This document shows, one piece after another, positions 37,124-50,100 of a DNA stretch of 64,000 bases. Numbering within the stretch: position 1 is the stretch's first letter; each line of letters starts with the position of its first letter. This DNA comes from Oculina patagonica (Eukaryota): the NCBI RefSeq assembly GCF_052425735.1, contig NC_135767.1, forward strand, positions 2,666,001 to 2,730,000. The letters run 5' to 3'. The position numbers and the translations under genes were made by a program. The notes under the pieces were generated by a model. It was not told the origin of the DNA. It saw only the letters and a list, made by a program, of their open reading frames with translations, and did no database searches.

Positions 37124-40100
37124 TTTTCTACGGAGTATTCTCAAACACGCCTGCAATCGAATCTCGAAAATAATTCCTGTAGATGTACTTGCGCTGCTAT
37201 CTCGATGCATCAAACATCTCTCTGCACAGAGCGGAAGAGTCTAGCTTGCCAACGGGAAATTCGTCCTTGAAATGCGCAGATATGCTTTCCAAGAATCTTA
37301 ATGAGGTCAAACAAATTCTACAAGTATGGCAAGTCATATGATAGCACATGACCAGCTTATGTTTCTGTGTGGGTTATTATTGGTTATTAGGACATCGCAT
37401 TCAATCAAAACAATAGAGGCTTTTGTTTGGCAAGGAATTTTTCCCCGAAATAGTAACCCACAACAATTCTGGTTATCAGCGCCTGTTTTCGTGCGTTGTT
37501 AAGTGTAGACAAAAACATCATTTACCTTCTCGGAATTATGACGTCTTGTCATAGAATGAGGTCTATGAGGCAATTATGAAGCAAAAATAGCTTTTCTCAG
37601 AACTGAGTCACTTTAGTTCAGTTTTTGAAATCTATCCATGACGACTTCGTCAAATTTTCTATCCCATCTTCGATTGATTTTGGGTACAAATCTCAACTCT
37701 TTCTGGCTAGAATCAAAGTTATGCTCTGACCAAAAGAAATTACACTGCATTTGCGCGCAAGAATCGTTATGTTTGCGTGATCTCGTGTTACTCATACATT
37801 TACCTTTTATATCGCGTGACTTCGTGTCGCAATCACCGCTTTCTGCTTACGACTTACGTCTTCAAAAAGGCTTTACCCACCGTCTCAATGACTATTTTCC
37901 CTGTTGAAGCTTTATTTTCCTTGTTCATTTACAATATTTAACATACCTTAGAAACATGATAGAAACATCTACGCAAAAAAAAAAATCTGCTGTGTGAAGT
38001 GTCTTCCTTATTGGCGCGCCAAAGCGATGTTGGCATAATTATAAAGAATACAGACTGCGCCTGAAATTGCGTATAAACTGTTCATGGCTACTGATTTTAT
38101 TTAAAAAATATATCAAAAATTGCACATAGCGCTTTCTCTTGGCTAAAGAGCTCCTAGCTTTGTGGATGTCGCAATTTTGTTCGTAGTGCGAGGTTAGACC
38201 TCCCGGTAGTCCGGGTTTTTTGTGGCAACTGTTCATAGAATACGGCAGACATGAAATCGGATAAACTAATTAATAAAACTTTTTTCCCAGGATGTCTGTA
38301 GCTGGTCTAATGCCTTAAAATTGTTTATTTAAGTATTAGCCAGATCTCGAAAGCTCTAAAAGTCGGAAATCTCTGCTCTCAACAATTTGTGTCAGACAGT
38401 GTCAACAATCTATTGTTCCAACAGTCACAAGTAATAGTACCAGGATTGTGGGAGGGAGGCCGGGGTCCTTAATGTGTGCCTCTAAGGAGTCTCAAACCCC
38501 ACTCACCCGACCCTTACGTATAGAAGTATGCCGCCTGTCTTCCAACACTTAGGGCGTAAATTAAACATAGTTGTTCGTTAAAATGAAAATAGATTGCTTT
38601 ATTCGGTCGTCTGCCCGCGATACTGCAAAAAGTCCGTTTATTTTTTAGCCATATGCTTTCTGCCTTATTTTCGCGATCGCCTCTACACAGTGTCTATAGC
38701 ACTGGCCCTTAAGAAGAAGACTAACTCCGTCTAGTTGAAATATTGGAAAATAAATTTAGCCTTTCTGCCGTAGTACCAGCCTTTCAATCAATTTAGTTTT
38801 ATTCACACTTAAAGTGACGTTTCGTACGAGCAAGAGATTCGGCAACAGACAAGCCAAGCAGTTTTATTCTTCGCTGCACGGTCCTCTACATCCAAACGTT
38901 TTTACAAGTAGAGCGATTTGTATACTGCCTACTATTTCCCTCCTTTACTCCGGAAACAATTTGCGGATCAGACAACCGTGTTAAATTTAACAACTGAGAT
39001 GATAGGTCGAGAAGAGAACCCCCTGCGGAATCTCCGATTTCTTTAATAACATCTTCTGTCGCTACATCACGGTTAAAGTCCAGAAAAGTTCTGTATTTAG
39101 GTCTATTTAGAGAACGAGATGTGACACTAACGATGCACGTTTTCTACTAACATTTCATGACCTATAGCAGCGTTTCATCGAGAAAGGAAATATCGATTCA
39201 GATGCTCGAATGTTTGCTGCACGTACAGTCCGTATATAGAACATGAACATATGCAAGTAGCCTGGTTCCAGTCTTTTCGTCAAGTGGCAAAAATTCGAAA
39301 CGGTGTGCGAACGAGAGGGAGAAAAACCGGTCCCTCAGTGTTTTTCTTTCACTTGCGTGCCTTTTCACGTTTTTTCACTAGCTTGATAGCATGGAAAAGC
39401 TACTGTGGGGAAACCCCTCATTACGTGTCACACGTGAAACGTTACGCAGAATTACGTTATTAAAATTTATCGCGTGCAGTTCAAACCACATTGCATGCCG
39501 GGTTTTGGTCTATCGATGACAGATGAACACCAATGTAGTCTCTTTCTCACGTGAAATAGATCGGTCAAAAAATTGGAAGAAACTAAAAACTAAAGAAAAC
39601 CTCTTCTCTATTGGAAAATGATAATGAAACTTCCTTTGAATCCCCTCTGCCCTCTTTATGCCCTCTCCAAAACAAACAGTCAATCAAAAAATAAAACTGA
39701 AAGCAAAAAGGCTACGGGGCAAAACCCGCGTGAAGCACTGAGCATTTGACACTTTCAGTTTCTAATCATCACTACCCTTGACTATCTATACAGGGACCAC
39801 GTTAACATGAATAAACACTTTAAATTGGTAAGGAAAGTATGGTTCTAAGGCTTTTCTTTGCGCCATTCCTCACAGAACCGAATCATGTTGTTTGTCAACA
39901 CTTTATAACACAAGCAAAGATGTTTTTGTACAAGGTGCTGATAAGCAAAATTGTCATGTGAGTCGTACTATTTTGAGACAAAAAAATAACTGCAAACAAA
40001 GCACAGTATTGTTCAGCACAAATTGCACCCCTCACTTGATACGCCCAAGGGAATCTAATCGCATGGCTGTCATAAGACATTCGATCCTTTAAGTCAAATA

Positions 40101-40423
40101 GTGTTGTTATTCCTTGACCTTTCACTCCATTTAATGTACACGGGATGTTCAAAAGCTTCGTTTCTAGTATTACGTGGGTGTCATAAAGGTGTGTGCAAAT
40201 TTGCTGCGTTTACTTGCTTCACGCACGCTATGAGCTTTTGAGAGTTTGCGCTTGCTGTTATTAGGAAGTTTTCACACCGCCCTCTTCGTGATAACCGGTA
40301 TTTTTAAGGCTCGAAGCACCTCAGTTTGCACAGCTGAGAAGTTAAAAGGAACGCAACACTACAAGTACCGTTTGCAATTACGGACTTGAGGAGATTAAGT
40401 CTGGGATAAAGACACCGGCAAAC

Positions 40424-41044
40424 ATGAAGAGCGCAAGCGAGAATCCTAGCGGGAGAATCTTGAAACACGGCTACCTACTGAAGCAAAGCGAAGTTCTGAA
40501 ACAATGGCATCTCCGTTATTTTGTGCTCAGCAAAGAATGCTTGTGCTACTATCGTACAGAGAAGGAATCGTTAGAAAACGCACCTAAGGAGGTTATATTC
40601 TTCAATGACATGTCACTGTATATAGATGAGTTGCCAGAAAAGCAAACTAAGTACTGCTTAAAGCTCGTTAAACGGTCGCTATCTTCTAAGATCACTGCAC
40701 GGACGTTTTTCTTGTGTTGCTTCTCTGAGCATGAGAGGAACGAATGGCTGTCGCAGATTCTTCAAGCAAAAGCCATCGCTTTGGTCGTCGACCCAACTGC
40801 GTGGATGGGGAACCAGGAAGCTTCAACAGAAGAAATGGACTTTGAGCTTGCTAATTCTAGCAGCAGCGCGAAGCTTGCCTCCGCTAAAGAGATCTTGCAA
40901 AAGTGCCGACGCAAGCTCTCGCTTGGTGGAAACCCGAGGGATTCCCCGAGTTCCTTATTTCTGGATGACTTTAGCTTAAATAGACGACGTAAGTCTACAC
41001 CCCGCTTGAGTCAAGAGTGGAGAAACACGTTAATGGTTCTTTAG
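40424..41044 (+). CDS. Intronless single-PH-domain protein (paralog B)
   Basis: PH signature KHGYLLKQ...WHLRYFVL...ERNEWLSQI; collinear with paralog A through the C-terminal WRNT(I/L)MV. Confidence 0.92.
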   Translation: MKSASENPSGRILKHGYLLKQSEVLKQWHLRYFVLSKECLCYYRTEKESLENAPKEVIFFNDMSLYIDELPEKQTKYCLKLVKRSLSSKITARTFFLCCFSEHERNEWLSQILQAKAIALVVDPTAWMGNQEASTEEMDFELANSSSSAKLASAKEILQKCRRKLSLGGNPRDSPSSLFLDDFSLNRRRKSTPRLSQEWRNTLMVL

Positions 41045-43728
41045 CTGTACGTAGTTAAAACTGCGAAAAGAGCACTCACGGTTTTGAATTGGAAGGAAGT
41101 TTATCAGATTTGGGCAAAATTGTCGAGCAGGGGACATTAGCAAAAACATTTTTCGCATGTGTAGCGAATGTTTTGCGCAGTTTTTAAAGATTGAATGACT
41201 TTAACTGAGCTTCAACCGTACCGGAAAGTGTGCTTTGATGGGTTGAATGACTTTTACCGAGCTTTAACCATAACGGAAAAGTGTACTTAAGTTGCTCTCT
41301 CAGAAGTTCCACTGCGGTTGACGGAGTTTTAATGATTGGATCTCACTTTACACGATTTCCAAAAAAGAACTTTTGACTGGCCAATTGTCTTTAATTTCGA
41401 GGTTTAAAATTTTTATTTTTCACCGATCCGTCTTATAATTTTATGGGTTCCAATCCATGGCCAGTCATCATGAATTGAAAATACAACCAACTAATTTGTA
41501 CGTTAACTTAAGCTTATATTATCAAATTCTCCTAACTAGTACCATAAGAAATGTATTGAGACCACTAAGGAGAATTTGTTTGTTTACAGTTGTACACAAT
41601 GTATTCGATATTTATAGTCTACCACGATGATCGTTGTTCTGTAAAACCGAAAAAAGTACATTTTGTTATTAACTGAACACTATATTGACATGATGCAAAG
41701 AAATTTTATGTGGAAAATGTCCCCTTTATTTCAACAGTAAGCATTGTTCGGTTTTCGCATAATCCAAAAGAAAAATACTTTTACTTTCAGAATTTTTCCT
41801 GTCAATGTCGGTGACAGATGAAGTATCTGTGCTATGCTGCGCAGTATTTATAATCCCCAGTTTCATGAAATTTAGAGCTATTTAAGGAAATATAAATGAG
41901 AGATGTGCTATCCATATGAACAAATGTAACAATTTCAGTTTTGCGTTAAGGTACATATTCAAAGAAAAACTGAGAAATATACGGACAGTTTTGTGTTAAT
42001 ATCACTGTGTAAAATAGTTCGTAATTTGAACTACAAAAAGATAAAATGATGTAAATTTATCGATCCAACGAAAGATAATAATAAAACATCATAGCAAATG
42101 TATGGAGTAAATTGATGAAACAGTGGCCATGCATGCGAAGTTAAATTTAAGGCACGTTTTCGAAGCCTGGGAAAAAACCCTTACACTAATTGAGTGTATC
42201 GCTAATGAAGTTGATAAACAAGTGTATTTAACAGATTTAAGTTGTTTTCCAAGGTTCGGCTTATCTCCACAAAAATTTCACGTTTTAATTAAGTTTGGCT
42301 CTCTGCCATTATTGTTTTTCGGAACATAGCCAGTGAAGAATGACTCTAATTTGTTTTTGTGATTCAAACAATGTTCGGCATTATGTTTGTGACAGATGTA
42401 TCCAAGATTAAGTGATTAGCTATGATGCCTTTGTCAAAAAGAAAACTTCCAAATATCTTTGGCTTTATGCCAGTATTGTCTGAGAAGAAGAGGCAGTTAT
42501 TTTCTCAAGTGTTTTGTTGTTTTACCGTTGTAGGCCGCATCAAAACAATCTCGCAGGCTACATATGCTTATGGTGTTTTGTTATGACAGTGGGGGGGGGG
42601 GGGGAGAGGGTGTAGTGCGTGAGGGAGAGGGGACTGGAAATTGACCCCTCATTGAACCTGCGCGCTACACGCTGAAGGTCGCTATGACTTACAATGACTT
42701 TTGTGAGGTTTACTCCAAACCAACTTTTATCGTGCAAAGAGTCCATTGCTTAGCCGAGTATAAATGGACTCTCAATGCACAATTTTCCTGTGAATTCGCA
42801 AGGAATATCACCGACGGGGTCGTATGCATCAGATATCGTAGGATATTTCTTATGTACGGATGACAGATAACAAAAACCTTTTGACCTTATTTGGGCATCG
42901 TGACAATTTGTTGAATAATAATAATGTGCATCTGTTTGCCTGCCGTTAAATAATCATACATAAACTGTATTTCCGCTTAGCAACCATTTGGGCACTACTG
43001 CGCACACTCTTTTTCTCGGCACCTCTCAGTCCAGTTGTCAGTTCTCAGCAGACCCAGTCCTCTAGGCCAGTTGCTCCTCTCCCCTCCCCAACTGGAGGCC
43101 CATGAAACTCTAAAACGAAGGGCCTCAACAGTGCATTTTAAGAACTACAGCATTCACCCAATAAACACTTCGTAGCCCTACTGCGGTCGTCACTCTGTAC
43201 TGGAAGGGATTTTGACACTTGTTTTATGCTTTTGGCGAGTCTGCTTTTTACGACTTTTTACAGATTTTTCTACTCTACCGTCATTTGCATCTAACCAGTC
43301 CGGGACATGTCGCAAAAACATGCCCTAAACGTGACGCTATTGCCGTTTTAAAGATGCATTTAATGAACGTTCGCTCTCGAGCTAAGGTCATGATGTTTTT
43401 TTAGAGGCCAGTCAGTTACTGATTTACATGTGGGCTCGACGTCCAAACGCGAAGGACAAAACTCGGCTTCCCCTCCCCGCCACATTGCAGCATTTGCGCA
43501 AGAGGGGACTTACTTTTGCTCCGCCCCCATTTTCTTCCAAGCAGAAAGGTATCAATTTTTACTTTGTCTTACTTTGAGCCCCCTGCTCAATCCATGACTA
43601 AGTTCTGGGTCATTGCTGCTCACAGGCCATCTTTATTCAAAAGCTTAGAGACACTACCGCTTTCTGGAACCCATTTAGTTCTAGCACACGCTCATACCCT
43701 GAGATCAGGTTTAATTTTTTAAGGCTAA

Positions 43729-44103
43729 AACTGCAAGGGACAGCAAACGATAATGCTGCTATTCGTAGGATCTACTGAGAGATCTGATCAGCAATAAAAT
43801 AAAAAACCAACCAACTGCAAGCAAGGATGATCAAGCGACGTGAAACTGTAGACTTTGTGAGACAACACCACGACTAGAACAGATACAGCAGGATTGCAAC
43901 CGCAGACAGCTGTTTCGTCCTTATTGGGACTCTTCAGTGCGGTGTAGTGAATCTAAATGACGCCAGCTCGGAGAGCCAACGCAAATTAATTGCCCAATAA
44001 CTGCAAGGGACCGCAAACGATAATGCTGCTATTCGTAGGATCTACTGAGAGATCTGATCAGCAATAAAATGAAATAACAAACAACTGCAAGCAAGGCTGA
44101 TCA
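43729..44103 (-). mobile_element. Candidate non-LTR retrozyme / Penelope-related repeat, about 1.4 units of 270 bp
   Basis: 43729-43833 is repeated at 43999-44103 (period 270); the part between the repeats holds a hammerhead ribozyme. Confidence 0.75.
43899..43943 (-). ncRNA. Minimal type I hammerhead ribozyme
   Basis: Minus strand reads ACCGCA CUGAAGA GUCC-CAAUAA-GGAC GAAAC-AGCU-GUC UGCGGU: perfect 6-bp stem I, CUGANGA core, 4-bp stem II, GAAA, minimal stem III with a palindromic loop, and a GUC cleavage triplet. Confidence 0.9.
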
Positions 44104-45546
44104 TACAAACTTTCATTCTTTTATGCGACCCCGGAAAAAAGAGCGTGACCTTCTGCCTGCTAATGCGTGGGTGTCCTGTGTTGTCATATCCTCGTACCCA
44201 GTTCCTTTGGAGTGGAAGCCGCCGGCAGAAAGAGGTTGGCCATCTGATACGGACACGGCAAGAGTTATAAGCCCAAAATCAGGAAATCTTGTAAGTTATC
44301 TACAACTATTTTACCTCTGGTGATAACTTAAAATGTATTAATAACCAAGGAAAGTAACTTTTCCTTGATCGAGATTCGTACAGACCACTTAATGTCGGCG
44401 AGTATTTGAGCTTACTCTGTTAACAAAATCGATCGATGTGAAATGGATCTTGTTAACCTGTTGTCATGCAATATCATATTTAATTTGCTTTTGCGGATGT
44501 ATATGCTACTACTTTTACTTATTAACGTTCGCATGACTGCTAAACGAGTGGCAAGTTTTTAGTCGAAATTTCATTCGGTTTTTGATCATGCATGCATGAT
44601 ATGATATATAAGCTTATCTCCATGGGGCTTTTGTTGATTTGTTGAATGTTTGTATACATTTAAATTCGTCAGGGTTTATGTATCAAAGAGCTACAATATT
44701 AAAACTTTGATGTAACTGCTTCACTTGCACCGGAAAAGCTCTGTAACCAATTTGCTAAAAAAAAAACATTATTTTATAAAGTTTCTTTTAATTAATTTCT
44801 GCTCAGTGTGAAGTCCATCTTTATTAAAATTTTTGTAATCTGATTGGTTGCCTGGCAGACAGATCTTTTTATCTGGATTGCTAGTGCTCATGTAAAGCTG
44901 TCTGCATGTAATTTTTCAACAGACTGTGATCTGATTAAAAAGTAAGGCGGGAAAGTATAGTGACTTTTTTGTTTGTTTTGCACTGCTTTACAAAATCAGG
45001 CCATGGATATATCAAATCGAACAGGGCATAAAAAAATTTAACAATTATCCTGCGAAATCGTGCAGAAGATCGCCTGTTACTAACTAAAGCCGAACGGGTT
45101 AAAATCAGACGATATTCTACAAGATTGAGCTGCAGGATAATAAATTGTTTTATTATTTGACAAATTGTCAACAAAACCCATTTTGCAGATAGAAAAACTG
45201 TAACTATGCAGCGCTTTACAAGTCTTCGGACGAATCTTCCCAACTTTCATATATCGCAGGATATCTGTTATAAATCTCAGATGACAGATATATAACATTT
45301 TGACCATGTATGGGAAGCACATGCATTTGTGAATAATAATGTCTGATACCCGTCGTTCGATTTTGTACCATGTGATGTGTTTGGTCCAACTATTGTGTGC
45401 AAAATTTAATTGGTGGGTTGTAAATACCTCTTATTAATCGACTTATGGCCCAAGCGCGAAGCGCGCGGGCCATAAGTCGACGGGAAAAAAACGAGGATCC
45501 GTATTTTACAGTACGGACCGAGAAAACGAGGTTAATAAGATATTTA

Positions 45547-46061
45547 CCGTAAATGATCTAATAAACGCCCGGGGCGTCTATTAAATTTTTGGGGTCCTAG
45601 GGGAGGCGTTAAATAGATATGAGGCGTTTATTAGAGAGAGGCGTTTATTTCAATTTAACAGTAGCAACGTCAAGACAACTAATAGGATGGGTAGTTTTCT
45701 ACTGGAGTAAGATACATAACAGAGTTTGTAAGTAGGAGACTAATCTAATCTGCGCTAATGCAAAGCCTTGAGATGCCGTTCATAGTTCGATATCGACGTT
45801 TTTTATCGTCATCGGGGTTAACCATGTTGGCGTTGTTGGCCTCTTCGATGTCCGAGTCAAGCAAAAAACTAACTTTATTGCGTGAAATTACTCTATGGAG
45901 CATTTCCTTGGTTTTTGAGATGATTCCTGGAGGGGGGCGTCTATTAGACACGGGGCGTTTATTAGAGAGGGGCGTCTAATACAAACTTAACACCTCAGAG
46001 GGGGCGTTTATTAGATAAGACGCGTTTATTTGAGAGAGGGCGTTTATTAGATCATTTACGG
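45547..46061. mobile_element. TA-targeting (Tc1/mariner-like) MITE nested in the Crypton remnant
   Basis: TA|CCGTAAATGATCTAATAAACGCC ... GGCGTTTATTAGATCATTTACGG|TA, perfect TIRs. Confidence 0.88.
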
Positions 46062-46463
46062 TATTATATCTCTCACTCTGGAGAAAAGAAAACATTTCAA
46101 GTCAAGAGTGCTGGAAGCGGCTTCGTTTGACTGACGTACGTCAAAGGCGAAAGGACGAGTGAATTTCATTGGCTTTGTCGTAAACAATTCGGCCGTTTAA
46201 TAGCTCGATTGATAAGCATATAAACATAATTTAAATCCAACCTTTACTACTTTATTTCTGCAATTAGTTTTACAGTAATTTCAGTGACAGGATGAAACTA
46301 GATACAGTGCAAGTTTCCTTTGGAATAACTTCTAAAGTTCTTTGCTTGGCGACGAAAGTGCCGCGATTGACAACATGCGTTATAGCTTATCAAACTTTCG
46401 AAAACTTATGGCAGTGTTTGTAGAAAATACTGAACGAGAAAACACGTATAAAGTTTGAAGGAA

Positions 46464-46916
46464 CTACTTAAAAAAACTTAGCTCTTTAAGGCGGCGTTGA
46501 ATGCTACGTTGAAAGCTTGAAATGCTGTCTGGCTCGTACTCAGCTCTATCGCGTTTGCGTACGTCTCCGAGGAGCTTATCGAGGACGTCAGCAGGTACGG
46601 TTTCTACATGAAATGTTCCATCAGTCTGCTCTTGACAATAATTGTCGAACCGTTTCCATTCACTTTTCGTCTTCTTGACCGTGTTTGCATATTTCTCGGC
46701 ACTGATGAAACTTTCAAGTTCTTGACTTGAATCCTGCTCGGGTTGCTCTAAGTCCGCCACATCAGGGAAGTTTTCTCCTTCCAACAGATCACAAAAATTG
46801 AGTTTAAAGTTCGGTAGACCTTCTTCGCTTCGCCTTTGTTCCTCGCTATTTTCCTCTGACTGCGAACGTTGTAGCAAGTTTTGAAAATCTTCTTCGCGAG
46901 ACATTTCAACTTGCAA
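46464..46916 (-). pseudogene. Truncated Crypton/DUF3504-associated (ZMYM/QRICH1/KCTD1-like) N-terminal coding relic
   Basis: FISAEKYANTVKKT...LDKLL...VRKRDRAEYEPDSISSFQRSIQRRL resembles the N-terminal region of CryptonA recombinases; no catalytic half is present. Confidence 0.65.
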
Positions 46917-47131
46917 AGGCGTACGGCATCAGGAGAACTCTCAGTCAAATTTCGCGGGCCGTACTGCAGAATACGGCCCGTAAAATTGACCAATCACAGC
47001 GTGCGTACTATCTCAGAGATATAATAAAAGTATATATAGTATGACCAATTATGTCCTGACCATGCTTGTTTTATTTGTGTTATTTTTCATCCACTGTGCA
47101 TTTGGTGTCCTATATAGTGGTGCTTTGAGAC

Positions 47132-50100
47132 ATGAGTCAGGGGCCATACCCTCCTCCAGGGGCCCAGGCGGGACAACCAATGTATCCAGGTAGGTATAGT
47201 ATAAAAAATCAATGGCGCAATTTAACATAGTATGTGAAAATATGGTTCACCAGTAAGGAATCAAAGTCCGGTTTCCTGCTTACAAGGCAGGTGTGATAAT
47301 TCACTATGCCATGGGTGAGCCAGCAATATTAGTGGGTAATTATCACAAGGGCTGAGCTCGGGCAGGGAGTCTAATTTCACTTAGGATTGACTGAAGTGAC
47401 CTGACTATTCCAACAAACACAACATACGAAACTGACAACAAGAAGAATATGGTTCAGTGATTATACTAATTAGTATGAATATTGCTGTTACTTTCATCTA
47501 AAAATCAAAGTTCTTAGTCACTTTATTAAGTTCAATGGTCAACATTTTTGCTAATTTTACCTTTGAACATTATACATTTCAAGATTGTTGTGTCAAGACA
47601 AGGCCTCTTTGGCTAACTTACTTATAAAGCACAATACTCAGGACTATGGTCCTTAACGTACAGCACCTTTCAACAACGTACGAGCTCTGCAAAGTTAACA
47701 TTTTTTTGCTGTCATCAATCATCTAAGCAGCGCTCTCAGGAAACAACTTCTGAAATCAACTGGTTTAAAAGGTCCTCTGTTGTCTGATTAATAGGTCAAC
47801 AACAACCAGGTTACGGATCTACACCTCAACAGGGTTATCCACCTCAACAAGCAGGTTATGGACCGCCCCAACAGCAACCAGGCTATGGACCTCCCCAGCA
47901 ACAAGCAGGTTATGGACCTCCCCAGCAACAAGCAGGTTATGGACCTCCCCAGCAACAACCAGGTTATGGACCTCCCCAGCAGCAACCGGGTAACGGACCT
48001 CCCCAACAGCAACCGGGTTATGGACCTCCCCAACAGCAGCCAGGATATGGACCTACGCCAGGACAACAGCAGTACCCTGGAGGACCACCCCCTCAACAAC
48101 AAGGCTATGGACCCCCACCCTCTCAGCAACAAGGTTTTGTTCCCCCTGTAGGTCAGCAAGTGGGTTATGGTGCCATGCAACAAACAGATGGTACTAAACC
48201 TGCTTTTGGTCCACCACAAGGTATCATTATGATATGTTATTGATAACATAATATGGGTTAAATTGACCAAGCATGAGGTCATTAGATATAGAGGATATTA
48301 CACGGTGGCGAGAAGATATGAATTTTATGTTCGAGTGGCAGAAACGATATCTCACGAGTGAGCGTAGCGAACGAGTGGGATATCGTTTTTGCCACGAGAA
48401 CATAAAATTCATATCTTTGAGCCAACGTGTAATGTTCTTTTTATTATATGGAGACCAGATGTAGTTGACGTTGCCGATTTTTATTTCATTGTTTTTGAAT
48501 AATCGAGCCAGTTTTACAAATCAGCGTTCGTCTTCATAGAAAATACAAAGCACCCGTGCCCAGGATAACACTAAAAACTGAATTCCGATCAAACAAAATG
48601 CTGGTCAACTAAATAACACGTAAGAACTGAAACATTACTGACTTTGACTTGAATCCGATGCGGCAAAGTCTTGCTGGCCGATCGATAGTTTTCAACTGCT
48701 TTTGTTTTCTTCTTCACGACATCTTGCAATGGTGAAATTCCTTGCGAAGAATTCCCTCTAAAAACTTTGAAATCGTCAAGGTTTTCATTATTGTGTACTA
48801 ATTCTTAACTTTTTTTGGAAAACTCATTCTTTTTCGTTGCTTTGTTAAACAAATTTAACCTTCGTGTCGATGCTTGCTAACAACAAACGACACGAAACCA
48901 AGTTCATTCAGCAAAATAGAAATGGCGCGAATCGTGACGTCAATGAGCGATATGTCACTCGCAAGAGTGTCATACGGAAAATACGCCACTCGGGTCCCGG
49001 ATGGAGTGGCGTATGGAATCTACGAGTGGTTTAGTTCCCGGTAAAACACTCTCCTCCATATAATAAAGCTGGATATTGGAGAAGTTTTTTTACATCAAAC
49101 ATGTTACTTTATGGACCAAGATACAGTCTAGTTCCACATGCAATCACACAAAACACGAAGTAATTTCTGGCCATCTTGACCCAACAAGCTTGGTGAATAA
49201 AGTGTTAGGGACTGTATAAATTACACTAAAGAAAGCCATAAATAACACCTCCGTTTCTTATGGGACACAACTTATTATATCATAATGGACAAGAAAGCCC
49301 CAATTTCCTGCCCACTTGGTTACCACAATCACAGCACAAAATTTGGTTTTCCTAATACCCACACGGCAACTAGCCATACAATGGCGAAGGTTTGGAGTTT
49401 GTTTGGCATTTGGGGTTTCAATTTGGAGCCCCTTACCTTGGTTGGTGGAAATGTGATTCAACATCACTGCAAGGCTTTTATAAAACTTTTAACTGATAGA
49501 AACTGGAATTCCCAGCCTTTGTGAAGAAGTTCAAACTATACAGCTGGCCATTACTTTTGCATGAAGCAACAAGCTGGGTATCTAGAATAACTGAACTGGT
49601 ATCCATCTATACCCTTGGTGAAGAGAAGCATTTTGAGCAAGTGTTAAAGTTCACAGAAGCACAACACCTTAAGACCAAGGCTTGAATCCAACAAGCTGAC
49701 CAATTTAATTAATAGTCTGTCAATTGCCTAGCACAGGCTACTGCATGTAATTACCCTATTAAAGTGTACTTTGTGCCAGGTGTTGCACAAGCCTTGTTAA
49801 TTATTTTGTTGCATAGAGTTGCTAAAATATTGTCTGTGCTAAAAACAAACTAACTTAGTTTGTTCTCTCTTGTTAAGGTGAAGCACAAGCTCCAAGTTAT
49901 ACTGGATCAGATGTCCCTGATCAAGATGTGGATGATAATGAGAATGCCGCACCCCCTCCCCCAAGTGCTCCACCAGCTGATATGTTTGGCAAGTTTGCGG
50001 GATATGAGAATGTTAATTTTGGTAAGTGATGACATGCAGTGTTCGAAATGTTAATATTCAATATCTGGCCAAGTTCAGGCCGAGTGGCCCATCAGGCAAG

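Larger units (their letters stand above)
45421..47028 (-). mobile_element. Crypton (tyrosine-recombinase transposon) remnant
   Basis: Subterminal hairpin TCGACTTATGGCCC...GGGCCATAAGTCGA; ATATAATAAA at the other end; ORF relic at 46464-46916. Confidence 0.65.

Noticed and set aside
47788-48282. Minus-strand LLLGRSI-repeat ORF and the +47858 ORF
   Set aside because: They are antisense or shifted frames of the SSUH2 exon 2 repeat.
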